A stretch of DNA of 64,000 bases from Candidatus Dormiibacterota bacterium (lineage in GTDB: Bacteria > Chloroflexota > Dormibacteria > Aeolococcales > Aeolococcaceae): contig DAITPY010000005.1 of assembly GCA_036833315.1 (NCBI GenBank), positions 1,576 to 65,575 on the forward strand. Direction: 5' to 3'. Position 1 is the stretch's first letter; each line of letters begins with the position of its first letter. Shown here in pieces: positions 45,317 to 54,540 of this stretch. A model generated the notes under the pieces. That model was not told where the DNA came from, did no database searches, and was given only the letters and a program-made list of their open reading frames with translations. The position numbers and the translations under genes were made by a program.

Positions 45317-46219
45317 ATGGTGCCTGCGATGCGTCTCGACAGCGTCCTCGAGGGCAGCCGGCAGCCGGTGTTCTCGTTCGAGTTCTTTCCACCGAAGACC
45401 GACGACGGCGTCCGCCAGCTCTTCGAGACCATCTCCCACCTGCGCGAGCTCGAGCCCACGTTCGTGTCGGTGACCTACGGCGCCGGGGGATCGGTGCGCA
45501 CGCGCACCGTGGACCTGGTCACGCGGATCCGGAGGGAGCTCGACATCGAGCCGGTGGCACATCTGACCTGCGCGGATGCGACGGTAGCCGAGCTGCGCCT
45601 CATCCTGGATGGGTTGCGTGAAGCCGGCATCGACAACGTGCTCGCGCTGCGCGGCGATCCCCCTGATGGAGTCGAGCGTTTCGTCCTCACCGACGGAGGT
45701 CTCGCCCACGGCAACGAGCTGATGGAGCTGGTCACCGGCGCGTACGGGTTCTGCGTCGGGGGCGCGTGCAACCCGGAGAAGCACCCGGAGTCGGCCAACA
45801 CCGAAGAGGATGTGCGCTCCGCAAAGCGCAAGGCCGACGCGGGCGCCAGCTACCTGATCACCCAGCTGTTCTTCGACAGCAGCAGGTACTTCGACTTCGT
45901 GGCGAGAGCTCGCGCGGCCGGGGTCACGGTGCCCATCATCCCGGGGATCATGCCGGTGACCAACGTCGGTCAGATCCGCCGTTTCACGTCGAAGATCGGC
46001 GCCACGATTCCCGAGCCGTTGCTCCAGGCGCTGCGTTTGCGCGAGGCCGATCCCGACGCCGTCCTGCAGCTGGGCGTCGCGTGGGCGACGCTGCAGTCGG
46101 CGGAGTTGCTCGCGGGCGGGGCGCCCGGGGTGCACTTCTTCACCATGAATCGCTCACCCGCGACGCGAGCGATCCTCTCTGCGCTGCGCGCCGCGCGCCC
46201 CTGGGATCGAGTTCGCTAG
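45317..46219 (+). CDS. metF: 5,10-methylenetetrahydrofolate reductase
   Basis: FSFEFFPPKT...VSVTYGAGGS...AHLTC...LALRGDPP...YLITQLFFD. Confidence 0.85.
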   Translation: MVPAMRLDSVLEGSRQPVFSFEFFPPKTDDGVRQLFETISHLRELEPTFVSVTYGAGGSVRTRTVDLVTRIRRELDIEPVAHLTCADATVAELRLILDGLREAGIDNVLALRGDPPDGVERFVLTDGGLAHGNELMELVTGAYGFCVGGACNPEKHPESANTEEDVRSAKRKADAGASYLITQLFFDSSRYFDFVARARAAGVTVPIIPGIMPVTNVGQIRRFTSKIGATIPEPLLQALRLREADPDAVLQLGVAWATLQSAELLAGGAPGVHFFTMNRSPATRAILSALRAARPWDRVR

Positions 46220-46231
46220 CGCTGCTCCTGT

Positions 46232-47347
46232 TCAGGCCGACGGCGAGGGCGACGGAGAAGGCCTTGGGGTGGTGGGCACGGTCACCGCGCCGGCAGTCGG
46301 GCTGCCGCTCGGCGACGGCGAGGGAGTCGGGGTGGGCTGCGGCGTCGGCGGCGGCACCGCCGACACGGCAGGAGGCGGCTGGGTTGCCGGGGCAACTGGG
46401 AGGAGCGCGGCGACGACCTCCGCCGGCAGCCCGGGGCGACCGCCGATCACGGGATCGGCCGGCGATTCGATGTCGAGGTAGCCGAACGCGGGCTTTGCAT
46501 AATCCAGCTTGCCCTTGAGCGCTGCCATGGTCTCGATCTGCTTCGGCAGCGCCTGCAGGGCGAGCTCGGTGTCGAGCGGTCCGAGCACCGCGCGCCACCC
46601 CGAGCTCGTCCAGAGACTGACCACGTCGTCCGATCCCCACAGGTAGGCGGCGACCGAGCAGCCGAAGACGGCCGGAAAGCGCTGCGCGATGGCCCCGAGC
46701 ATCGCCACGAGCTGCGGGTTGAGTGGCTGCGGGGAGCCGGCGCGATCGTCGATCAGCACCGGGATGCCGCTGCGTGCCGCGGGCGTCGCGTCGATGCCGG
46801 GCAGCGTCGCGCCGTTGGCGGCGACCAGCGTGTCGCCTCCGTCGCGGCGAATGCGCAGCACCGGGGCGCGCTCGACGATGTTGATTCGAACCGTCGCCGG
46901 CAACTGAGTGGTCACGACCGCGCTCGCCACCCACGGCAGCGCCAGCACCCGGCCCTGGATCGCCGCCCCGTTGATGGTGAAGATGCTCTCCTCCGGGACC
47001 CTCGCGGCGGCCACCACCGCGGTGGTGGTGACCAGGCGGGTGCCGGCGACCATCACCCGGCGCACCTGGAACGCGGGCAGTGTCAACGCCAGCGCGAGCA
47101 GACCCACCTGCACGGTGAGCGCCGCGACCGCGATGAGGCGGCGTCGCCAGGAGGTGCTTCGACGCGCGGCGGGCGGCGCCGGCTGGGTGCGGCGCGCGTG
47201 CCGGCGCTTGCGGGACGACGCCTGCAGCCGCGTCCCGGGCCGGACCACCAGGCGGGGCACCGGTCGCGCGGCGTCGACGATCAGCGACGCCTGGGCACGG
47301 ACGAGGGCGACGTGGCGCGCGCGCTCGTCGAGCACCTGGGTGCTCAC
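46232..47347 (-). CDS. ftsQ: Cell division protein FtsQ/DivIB with Pro/Thr/Ser-rich C-terminal tail
   Basis: Single TM (LIAVAALTVQVGLLALALTLPAF), POTRA-like region, FtsQ-type beta domain. Position upstream of ftsA. Confidence 0.7.
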   Translation of the reverse strand: MSTQVLDERARHVALVRAQASLIVDAARPVPRLVVRPGTRLQASSRKRRHARRTQPAPPAARRSTSWRRRLIAVAALTVQVGLLALALTLPAFQVRRVMVAGTRLVTTTAVVAAARVPEESIFTINGAAIQGRVLALPWVASAVVTTQLPATVRINIVERAPVLRIRRDGGDTLVAANGATLPGIDATPAARSGIPVLIDDRAGSPQPLNPQLVAMLGAIAQRFPAVFGCSVAAYLWGSDDVVSLWTSSGWRAVLGPLDTELALQALPKQIETMAALKGKLDYAKPAFGYLDIESPADPVIGGRPGLPAEVVAALLPVAPATQPPPAVSAVPPPTPQPTPTPSPSPSGSPTAGAVTVPTTPRPSPSPSPSA

Positions 47348-47433
47348 GAATCGGGCTCGGTGCGATGGGGACAGTGCATGAACGCAGGCTGAGACGTGAC
47401 GTGAGACGTTGAGGCCGCACGGGGCCGGGCCGA

Positions 47434-49128
47434 TTATCCCCCAGGAGCAGCCGGAGTGACCGGCCTGGCGCGCGACCCGCGGGCAGCGGGGAGATAGGTG
47501 TCCGGGAGATCGTTTGCGAAGAGGACGACGTCGCCGGACTTCGACAGCCGCTGGAGCACCGTGGTCGCCTCATCGAGGCTGTCGACGATGTGGATGCGGT
47601 CCTCGCGCATGCCGGCGCCGCGAAGCCCCGCGCACAGTGCCTCGCTGGTCTTCGCCGACATCACGATGACGTGGTCGCACACCGTCGCGGCGTGGGCGCC
47701 GTAGCGGCGGTTCTCCGCGTCCTCGACACTGCCCAGCTCGACGAGCCCCGGGGTCACCAGGAACTTCGCGCCTCCCGTCATGGCCTCGAGCACCTCGAGA
47801 CCGTTGTGCACGCCGACCGGGTTGGCGTTGTACGAGTCGTCGATGACCGTCAACGGGCCGGCGGTGCGCATCAACTGGAGTCGGTGCTCGACCTGCTCGA
47901 GGGACGCGGCGGCTGCGATCGCGGCATCGACCGAGTGGCCGAGCACGCGCACCGCGGCCAGCGCCGCGCTCACGTTCGCCACCTGGTGGCGGCCGAGCAA
48001 CGGGATGACGACCGCGCGGTCCAGGCCCTCTGCCGTCCACCGCCATTGGAAGGCGCACCCCTGCGCGCTGATGCGGATCGACGTGGCCACAACGTCGGCG
48101 TCTGTCGTGGTCCCGGTGTCCGCCAGCTCGTAGCGGATCACCCGATGCGGCGCCGCGCTCGCGCGGCGTGCGAGCGCGGCACCCGGCTCGTCGCCGGTAT
48201 GCACGATCGCGGTGCCGTCGACCGGGAGCGCGGCGACGACCTCGTACATCGCGTCGGTGATGCGGTCGAGGGTCCCGAATCGCTCCATGTGCTGGGGTCC
48301 GATCGCGGTGACGATCGCCACCTGGGGATGCACGAGGTCGCTGATCGCGGCGATCTCGCCGTGCGCATAGGCGTCCATCTCCACGACGAAGACGCGGTGC
48401 GCGGGCTGGAGGTCCTCGTTGATCGTGCGGCTCACCCCCATCAGCGTGTTGAAGCTCTTGCGCGTGGGCAGGGTGTTCACGCTCGGCTGGAGGAGCTGGG
48501 CGAGGATGTGCTTGGTGCTGGTCTTGCCGTAGCTCCCTACCACCGCGACCACCAACGGGTCGACCTCGGTGAGCCTTGTCGCGGCCAGGGCGAGGTAGTG
48601 GCTGCGGATGCGCGCCTCCGCGGGTTTCGTGACGACATTGGCAGCAACGAGGAGGACATCACTCAGGCTGGTCACCAGGCCGGCGGCGACCAGGACCAGC
48701 ACCGCCGCCACGATCGGGTGCAGGGCCAGGATCCCGAGCGCGACCCCGGCGGCCAGCAGGACCGCGAGAAAGCCGCCGGCGATGAGCAGGCGGCGCATCC
48801 GCGCGGTCATCACCAGTGGTCGCTTGGGCGCGGTCCATCGCCAGGTCAGTTGCGCCGCCGCGCCCGAGGCCAGCCACGCGATCGCGATGGCCAGGGTCCG
48901 AGCCGCGGGGAGCACCGCCGCAACGGCGAGAGCGAGCACGCCGACGGCGAGGCCGAGCCAGACGGTGCGATGGGCGAGCCACTGGCGGGTCATGCCCCAT
49001 CGCAGGAACCGGATCGACTCGTACTCCTCGATCTGGAACATGCGCGCCGCTACCAGGATGATGCGCACGACCAGCAGCAACCAGACGATGGCGGCGGCCG
49101 CAACCAGCGGTCCGAGCAGCGGGCTCAC
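47434..49128 (-). CDS. murF: MurF-like Mur ligase (UDP-MurNAc-pentapeptide synthetase) with N-terminal ~170-aa 4-TM membrane domain
   Basis: GSYGKTSTK P-loop, Mur-ligase central domain, MurF signature DDSYNANP. N-terminus consists of four strongly hydrophobic segments instead of the usual MurF domain 1. Confidence 0.75.
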   Translation of the reverse strand: MSPLLGPLVAAAAIVWLLLVVRIILVAARMFQIEEYESIRFLRWGMTRQWLAHRTVWLGLAVGVLALAVAAVLPAARTLAIAIAWLASGAAAQLTWRWTAPKRPLVMTARMRRLLIAGGFLAVLLAAGVALGILALHPIVAAVLVLVAAGLVTSLSDVLLVAANVVTKPAEARIRSHYLALAATRLTEVDPLVVAVVGSYGKTSTKHILAQLLQPSVNTLPTRKSFNTLMGVSRTINEDLQPAHRVFVVEMDAYAHGEIAAISDLVHPQVAIVTAIGPQHMERFGTLDRITDAMYEVVAALPVDGTAIVHTGDEPGAALARRASAAPHRVIRYELADTGTTTDADVVATSIRISAQGCAFQWRWTAEGLDRAVVIPLLGRHQVANVSAALAAVRVLGHSVDAAIAAAASLEQVEHRLQLMRTAGPLTVIDDSYNANPVGVHNGLEVLEAMTGGAKFLVTPGLVELGSVEDAENRRYGAHAATVCDHVIVMSAKTSEALCAGLRGAGMREDRIHIVDSLDEATTVLQRLSKSGDVVLFANDLPDTYLPAARGSRARPVTPAAPGG

Positions 49129-49910
49129 GCGCCGTGCACAGCCGTGGCGTCGCGAAGGAACACGTCGACGATGCGGCAGAAGCGGTCGGGTTGCTCGAGG
49201 TACGCGTAGTGGCCCGCGCCCTCGAACACGACGAGACCGGCATCAGGGATGAGGCGCTCCATGAGCCGGCCGTCGTCGACGGGGGTTTCGGTGTCGCGCT
49301 CGCCCCAGATCAGCAGCACCGGCATGCGCAGCGCCGGCAACAGTGCGCGCAGGTCCTCGTTGACGATGCGCACCAGCGTGCCTCGCATCGCCCCCGACGC
49401 GGCGCGATAGTCCGCTGAGCCGCGCTGATCGGCTCTGCGCTTCGCGCCGCGGCGCACGACGCTCGGCACCGCGGCCGACCGTTCGAGAGCGCGCAACACC
49501 TTGTAGGTGCGGACACGCGCGGCGTCGCGCACCGTCCGCCGCGGCCGGATGCCGGCGCTCCCCGCCAGCACCATGCTGCCGATCCGTTCCGGGTGCGCCG
49601 AGGCCAGGACGATCCCGATCCGGCCACCGTTGGAATGCCCGATCAGGTCGCATTGCTCGATGCCGAGGCGATCGAGCAAGGCGACGCACCATGCCGCGTA
49701 CTCATGCACCGACCACGCGGTGTCAGGCTCCGGGGTGGTGCCGAATCCTGGGAGGTCGGGGACGATGAGCTGCCGCCCACCCTGCAGGCCCGCGAGGATC
49801 GGCGCGAAAAGCTCGGACGACACGCCCCAGCCGTGGAGCAGCAGCAGGGGTCGCCCCGTCCCCGCAACGGTGACGGTTGCGCGGGGGATCTCCCCTGAGG
49901 CAGCGCCCAT
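49125..49910 (-). CDS. Alpha/beta-fold hydrolase
   Basis: LLLLHGWG...GHSNGG (nucleophile elbow GxSxG)...VLLIWGERD...GAGH. Start uncertain (M153 or M134 of the track ORF). Confidence 0.7.
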   Translation of the reverse strand: MGAASGEIPRATVTVAGTGRPLLLLHGWGVSSELFAPILAGLQGGRQLIVPDLPGFGTTPEPDTAWSVHEYAAWCVALLDRLGIEQCDLIGHSNGGRIGIVLASAHPERIGSMVLAGSAGIRPRRTVRDAARVRTYKVLRALERSAAVPSVVRRGAKRRADQRGSADYRAASGAMRGTLVRIVNEDLRALLPALRMPVLLIWGERDTETPVDDGRLMERLIPDAGLVVFEGAGHYAYLEQPDRFCRIVDVFLRDATAVHGA

Positions 49911-49939
49911 GATCGCCCGCTCCCCGCTCGGGTCGCCGT

Positions 49940-51133
49940 TCAGCCCGGCCTGCCGGTGAGCAGCCATGTGTCGATGGAGGACGTGGTTGCCTGTTGCTCG
50001 CGATAGCGCGACATGGCCATGTCGACGAGACGTGTGAGGAGCGCGTCGAAATGCACCCCCGACGCATCCCAGAGGTAGAAGGAGAGCGAGCCGGGCAGGG
50101 TGTTCAACTCGTTGACGACGAACGAATCGCTCTCCGGTGACACCAGGAAGTCGACGCGCGCCACGCCGGCGGCGCCGACGGCGCGAAACGCCGACGCTGC
50201 CGCGTCCTGGATCCGTTGTGTCAGAGCATCGGAGATGGGTGCGGGGATGATCCGCTGCGAGCTCTTCATGCCCGTCGCGGGCGCGGTCGCGCTCCCCTTG
50301 CTCTTGGCGCCGCTGAGATATTTGTCGGCGTAGCTCAGCGTTCCGGCGCTCACCGGCTGCTCGCACACCGAGACCTGGACATCGTCGCCGTGCCCCAGCA
50401 CCGAGCAGTTGATCTCGATGATGCCGTCCTGTGCCGGCTCGGCGAGGACCGACGTGTCGTAGCGGAACGCAAGGTCGAGCGCGTCACGAAGCGCGTCGTT
50501 CGCCGCCACGCGCGCGACCCCGATGCTCGATCCGAGGCGACGCGGTTTCACGTACATCGGGTAGCCGGGACTGCGCTCGAGCTCGGCGATCACATCGTCG
50601 GGTTGGGTCAGCCAGCGGGCGCGGGCGATCGCGACATCGTCGAGCACCGGAAGGCCGGCGCCGCGCAGCGCCGTCCTGGCGAGCCGCTTGTCCATGCTGA
50701 CCGCGGCCGCCGCAACACCGCATCCGCAGTAGGGCACTCCGGCAAGCTCGAACAGCCCCTGGAGCGTGCCGTCCTCGCCATTCGACCCGTGGACGAGTGG
50801 CATCGCGACGTCGAAGCGCGCCGCCGCACGCGGGGACCCGCCAAGCAGCGCACGGCGCCCATCGACCTCGATGAGATCACCAGCGCTACCAGGCTCCGGG
50901 CGCATCGTGACCCGCGTCGACGCGGCGACCAGCCTGTCGATGTCCTTGTAGCGTTCGAGCTGGAGCAACAGCTCGCTGGTGTACCAGGCACCGGACTTCG
51001 CGATGTAGACGGGGACCGGGACGAGATGGTCCGCGGGCATCGCCGCCATCGCCTGCTGCGCGGTGATCACCGACACCTCGTGCTCAACAGAACGGCTGCC
51101 GAAGAAGACGCCGACCCTGAGTCGATCGGTCAT
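49940..51133 (-). CDS. ddl: D-alanine--D-alanine ligase
   Basis: LRVGVFFGSRSVEHEVSV...HGSNGEDGTLQGL..., ATP-grasp C-terminal half. Confidence 0.9.
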   Translation of the reverse strand: MTDRLRVGVFFGSRSVEHEVSVITAQQAMAAMPADHLVPVPVYIAKSGAWYTSELLLQLERYKDIDRLVAASTRVTMRPEPGSAGDLIEVDGRRALLGGSPRAAARFDVAMPLVHGSNGEDGTLQGLFELAGVPYCGCGVAAAAVSMDKRLARTALRGAGLPVLDDVAIARARWLTQPDDVIAELERSPGYPMYVKPRRLGSSIGVARVAANDALRDALDLAFRYDTSVLAEPAQDGIIEINCSVLGHGDDVQVSVCEQPVSAGTLSYADKYLSGAKSKGSATAPATGMKSSQRIIPAPISDALTQRIQDAAASAFRAVGAAGVARVDFLVSPESDSFVVNELNTLPGSLSFYLWDASGVHFDALLTRLVDMAMSRYREQQATTSSIDTWLLTGRPG

Positions 51134-52044
51134 GCGTCACCGGGTGCGGCTGAGCCGAGCAGGATGATCTCGCGCTCCAGGTCGACCCCGAACGCCGTGT
51201 GCACCGCATCGTGCGCGACCCGCACGAGCGCAAGCACGTCAGCCGAGGTGGCGTGGTCGACGTTGAGGATGAAGTTCGCGTGCTTCGGCGAGATCTGCGC
51301 CCCGCCGCTCCTCCGCCCCTTGAGCCCGGCAGCCTCGATGAGCCTTCCGGCCGTGTCGCCTGGGGGGTTCTTGAAGACACTGCCGAGGCTCCGGATCCCG
51401 TATGGCTGGGATGCCTTGCGCTGCGCCTGGACCTGGTCCGTTCGCTCGCGAACGAGCGCGGGATCGTCGCGATGGACGCTCAGCCGCGCGCTCACCACCA
51501 CGTGGCCGCGCAGGTCGCGCTTGAAGCGGGAGTCGCGGTATCCGAACCCGCACCCAGCCGCATCAAGGGTCACCGGCTCTCCGTCGGGGGCGAGCGCGGT
51601 GCAGTCGACGAGCACGTCGGCGATCTCGGTGCCGAATGCACCGGCGTTGCCGAACACGCTCGCACCACAGGTGCCGGGCACGCCGACACCGAACTCGAGG
51701 CCGGCGATCCCGCGCGATGCACAGTCAAGCGCCACGCGCGGCATCATGCAGCCGGCGCCGAGCTTCACGATGTGATCGTCCACAATCGCCAGCATCCGAT
51801 CGTTGTGGCGGATCACCAGCCCGTCGATGCCGTCGTCGCTGATGAGCGCGTTGCTGCCCGCTCCGAGCATGGTCACGCTGATCCGCGACTGGTTGCAACG
51901 CGCGAGCAGCTCGCCAAGCGCTCCTGCATCACGGGTCGTGATGAACCACCGGGCCGGACCGCCGACGCCGAACTGGCTGTGACGCGCAAGCGGCTCGTCG
52001 ACGCGCACCCCGGGCAGGGACTCGAGCCAGTCACCCGCCGACAC
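51130..52044 (-). CDS. murB: UDP-N-acetylenolpyruvoylglucosamine reductase
   Basis: FAD-binding: GVGGPA...MLGAGSNALISDDG. C-terminal SLGSVFKNPPG. Confidence 0.85.
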   Translation of the reverse strand: MSAGDWLESLPGVRVDEPLARHSQFGVGGPARWFITTRDAGALGELLARCNQSRISVTMLGAGSNALISDDGIDGLVIRHNDRMLAIVDDHIVKLGAGCMMPRVALDCASRGIAGLEFGVGVPGTCGASVFGNAGAFGTEIADVLVDCTALAPDGEPVTLDAAGCGFGYRDSRFKRDLRGHVVVSARLSVHRDDPALVRERTDQVQAQRKASQPYGIRSLGSVFKNPPGDTAGRLIEAAGLKGRRSGGAQISPKHANFILNVDHATSADVLALVRVAHDAVHTAFGVDLEREIILLGSAAPGDA

Positions 52045-53437
52045 CCTGGGCCTCCAGGGCGCCGAACAATCGCGGCGCCAGGCGGTCGAAACCACCGAGA
52101 GAGAGGACGAGGAGCACATCACCCGGACGGATGGTGCCGGTGATCAGCTCGATCGCATCCGCGCTCGATGCGACGACATGGACCTCCGCGGTCGATCCCG
52201 CGCGGGCGGCGACATCCTCGCTGGAGACGGTCTTGGGCATCCCCCGCTCGCGTGCCTCCTCGATCGGGCCGATGATCACCACGTCCGCGCCGGTGAAGCT
52301 CCGCCGGTAATCGTCGAGCAGGCGGGTCACTCGCGAGTACGTGTGCGGCGTGTGGATGGCGATCAATCTTCGTCCCGGATAGCGCTGCCGAGCCGCGTCG
52401 ATTGCCGCATACACCTCGGTTGGGTGATGCGCGTAGTCATCCACCACCGCGACTCCCCCGCGCTCGCCGAGGATCTCGAAACGCCGTGCCGGACCGCGAA
52501 AATCGGCGCATGCGCGCGCGCCGACCTCGGGATCCACGTCCGAGTGGTTCGCGAGGATGAGCGCAGCGCACGCGTTCTGGGCGTTGTGGACACCCGGAAA
52601 GGTGAGCCGCACCTCGAGCTGCGGCAGGCCGCGCCGCTCCACCGCGAAGCGCTGCACGCCGTGTTCGTCTCTCGCGTCAATGATCCGCCAGTCGCTCTCC
52701 CGGTTCAAGCCATAGGTGACGACAACAGACCCGGTCGCGGATGCGAGCGCGAGGCACTCAGGATCGTCGGCGCAGAGCGCCAGCACGCCGGTGGTGGGCA
52801 TGGTCGCCGCAAGCTCGATGAAGGGTTGGCGGTAGGCGTCGAGGTCGGCGTACACATCCGGGTGGTCGAGCTCGAGTCGGGTGACGCAGGCGCCGTCCGG
52901 CTTGGTGTGGAGGAACTTCGGCCGCGGATCCCACGGCGCCGACGTGTACTCATCCCCCTCGAAGACGAACGCCCCGGTCCCCAGCCTCGCGGTGCCGCCG
53001 AGGTCGAGCGACGTCGAGCCGAGCCTGAACCCCGGGTCGAGCCCGGCGCGGTCGAGGATGTGCACCAGCAGCGCGGACGTGGTCGTCTTGCCGTGAGTGC
53101 CGCAGACCGTGAGACGGGTGCGATCACCCGCAAGCGCCACGTAGAACTCGATCTCACTGACGCATGGAAGTCCGCGCTCGCGTACCGCCGCCAGCTCGGG
53201 GTTCGCCGCGCGCGTCTGATTGCCGACGACCACCAGGTCAGGGACGCCCCACCGGTCCAGGTTCGCGGGGTCGCTCCGGTTCTCCCACTCGATGCCGGCG
53301 GCGGTCACCGCCTCGCTCATCGGTGGATAGGCATGGTCGTCCGACCCGGTGACCCGGTCGCCCTTCGACAGCGCGAGGGTTGCGGCGCCGAAGGTCGCGT
53401 AGCCGCAGATCCCGAGCACGTGGACGTGCCTGGTCAC
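52031..53437 (-). CDS. murC: UDP-N-acetylmuramate--L-alanine ligase
   Basis: HVLGICGY...CGTHGKTTTSAL...DDYAHHP. GTG start with GTGA overlap onto the murG stop. Confidence 0.9.
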   Translation of the reverse strand: MTRHVHVLGICGYATFGAATLALSKGDRVTGSDDHAYPPMSEAVTAAGIEWENRSDPANLDRWGVPDLVVVGNQTRAANPELAAVRERGLPCVSEIEFYVALAGDRTRLTVCGTHGKTTTSALLVHILDRAGLDPGFRLGSTSLDLGGTARLGTGAFVFEGDEYTSAPWDPRPKFLHTKPDGACVTRLELDHPDVYADLDAYRQPFIELAATMPTTGVLALCADDPECLALASATGSVVVTYGLNRESDWRIIDARDEHGVQRFAVERRGLPQLEVRLTFPGVHNAQNACAALILANHSDVDPEVGARACADFRGPARRFEILGERGGVAVVDDYAHHPTEVYAAIDAARQRYPGRRLIAIHTPHTYSRVTRLLDDYRRSFTGADVVIIGPIEEARERGMPKTVSSEDVAARAGSTAEVHVVASSADAIELITGTIRPGDVLLVLSLGGFDRLAPRLFGALEAQGVGG

Positions 53438-54540
53438 GCGACGTTGCTCCGCCTGCCCGGGCCCGCGGTCTCGACGATGAGCTGCACCACCGAGGCGGTG
53501 GCGTCGGGAAGACCAAGCGCAGCGCTCGTCGCGGACATCCGCCGCCACCGTGCCGGGTCGGTCACCAGCGCGGTGATCTCGGCGCGGAGGCGCTCCGGCG
53601 TGCACTCGGCGTCGTCGATGAGCATCGCGGCTCCTGCCTCGACGTACGGAGCGGCGTTGTGGCGCTGATGCCCGCCGGCGTGGGGATAGGGAACGACGAT
53701 CATCGGACGTCCGAGGGCGGCGCACTCCGCGAGTGACGATCCTCCCGCGCGCATCACCACGAGATCACTCTGAGCGATCCGGACGGCCATGTCGTCGAAG
53801 AAGGCAGACACGGTGTATCGCGATGCCAGGGCCGGCGGGAGCGCACCGGCCGCCCGGGCGACCCGCTCGTAGTCGAGGCTCCCGCACTGGTGGACGATGC
53901 TCAGTTGGGGGTCGTCGCCGAGCAGTACGCCGACGCACCCGGTCACGGCCCGGTTGAGGCGGCGCGCTCCCTGCGAACCTCCGGTCACCAGCACCGTCCG
54001 CAAGCGCTCGCCGATCGGCCGCGGGCGAACTGCGCGCACCTCCGCCCGGACCGGGTTACCGGTGTGGACCACCCGTGCATTGGGCAGGTGGCGGGCTGTC
54101 TCGGTGAACGACGCCGCCACCACCCTGGCTCTGCGGGCGAGGAGCCGCGTCGCTCGGCCCGGAACCGCGTTCTGTTCGAGGAGCACCACCGGGATGCGCT
54201 GCGCCAGCGCCGCGGCCACCACCGGCACCGAGACGTATCCGCCGGCCCCGACGACGACGTCGGGCCGCATCCTCTTGAGCAGTCGCCGGGCCGCCATGGT
54301 GGCGCGGGTCAGCTGAGTCGTCGCGCGCGCGATGCCTCCCGGGCTGCGCACGTCGACGCCGCTCACATCGAGGGTTTCAAGGCGAAGTCCCGCGGCGACC
54401 ACCAGGCGTTCGGCCACCCCGTCGCGGCGGCCGACCACGACCACCTCGTCGTCAGGCCGAGCGTCTCTGAGTGCGAGCGCCACCGCCAGCGCCGGGGTCA
54501 GGTGGCCCCCAGTCCCCCCCCCAGCTATCAACGTGCGCAC
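53434..54540 (-). CDS. murG: UDP-GlcNAc--undecaprenyl-PP-MurNAc-pentapeptide GlcNAc transferase
   Basis: LIAGGGTGGHLTPALAVA. GTG start at 54540 with AAGGGA RBS. Confidence 0.85.
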   Translation of the reverse strand: MRTLIAGGGTGGHLTPALAVALALRDARPDDEVVVVGRRDGVAERLVVAAGLRLETLDVSGVDVRSPGGIARATTQLTRATMAARRLLKRMRPDVVVGAGGYVSVPVVAAALAQRIPVVLLEQNAVPGRATRLLARRARVVAASFTETARHLPNARVVHTGNPVRAEVRAVRPRPIGERLRTVLVTGGSQGARRLNRAVTGCVGVLLGDDPQLSIVHQCGSLDYERVARAAGALPPALASRYTVSAFFDDMAVRIAQSDLVVMRAGGSSLAECAALGRPMIVVPYPHAGGHQRHNAAPYVEAGAAMLIDDAECTPERLRAEITALVTDPARWRRMSATSAALGLPDATASVVQLIVETAGPGRRSNVA

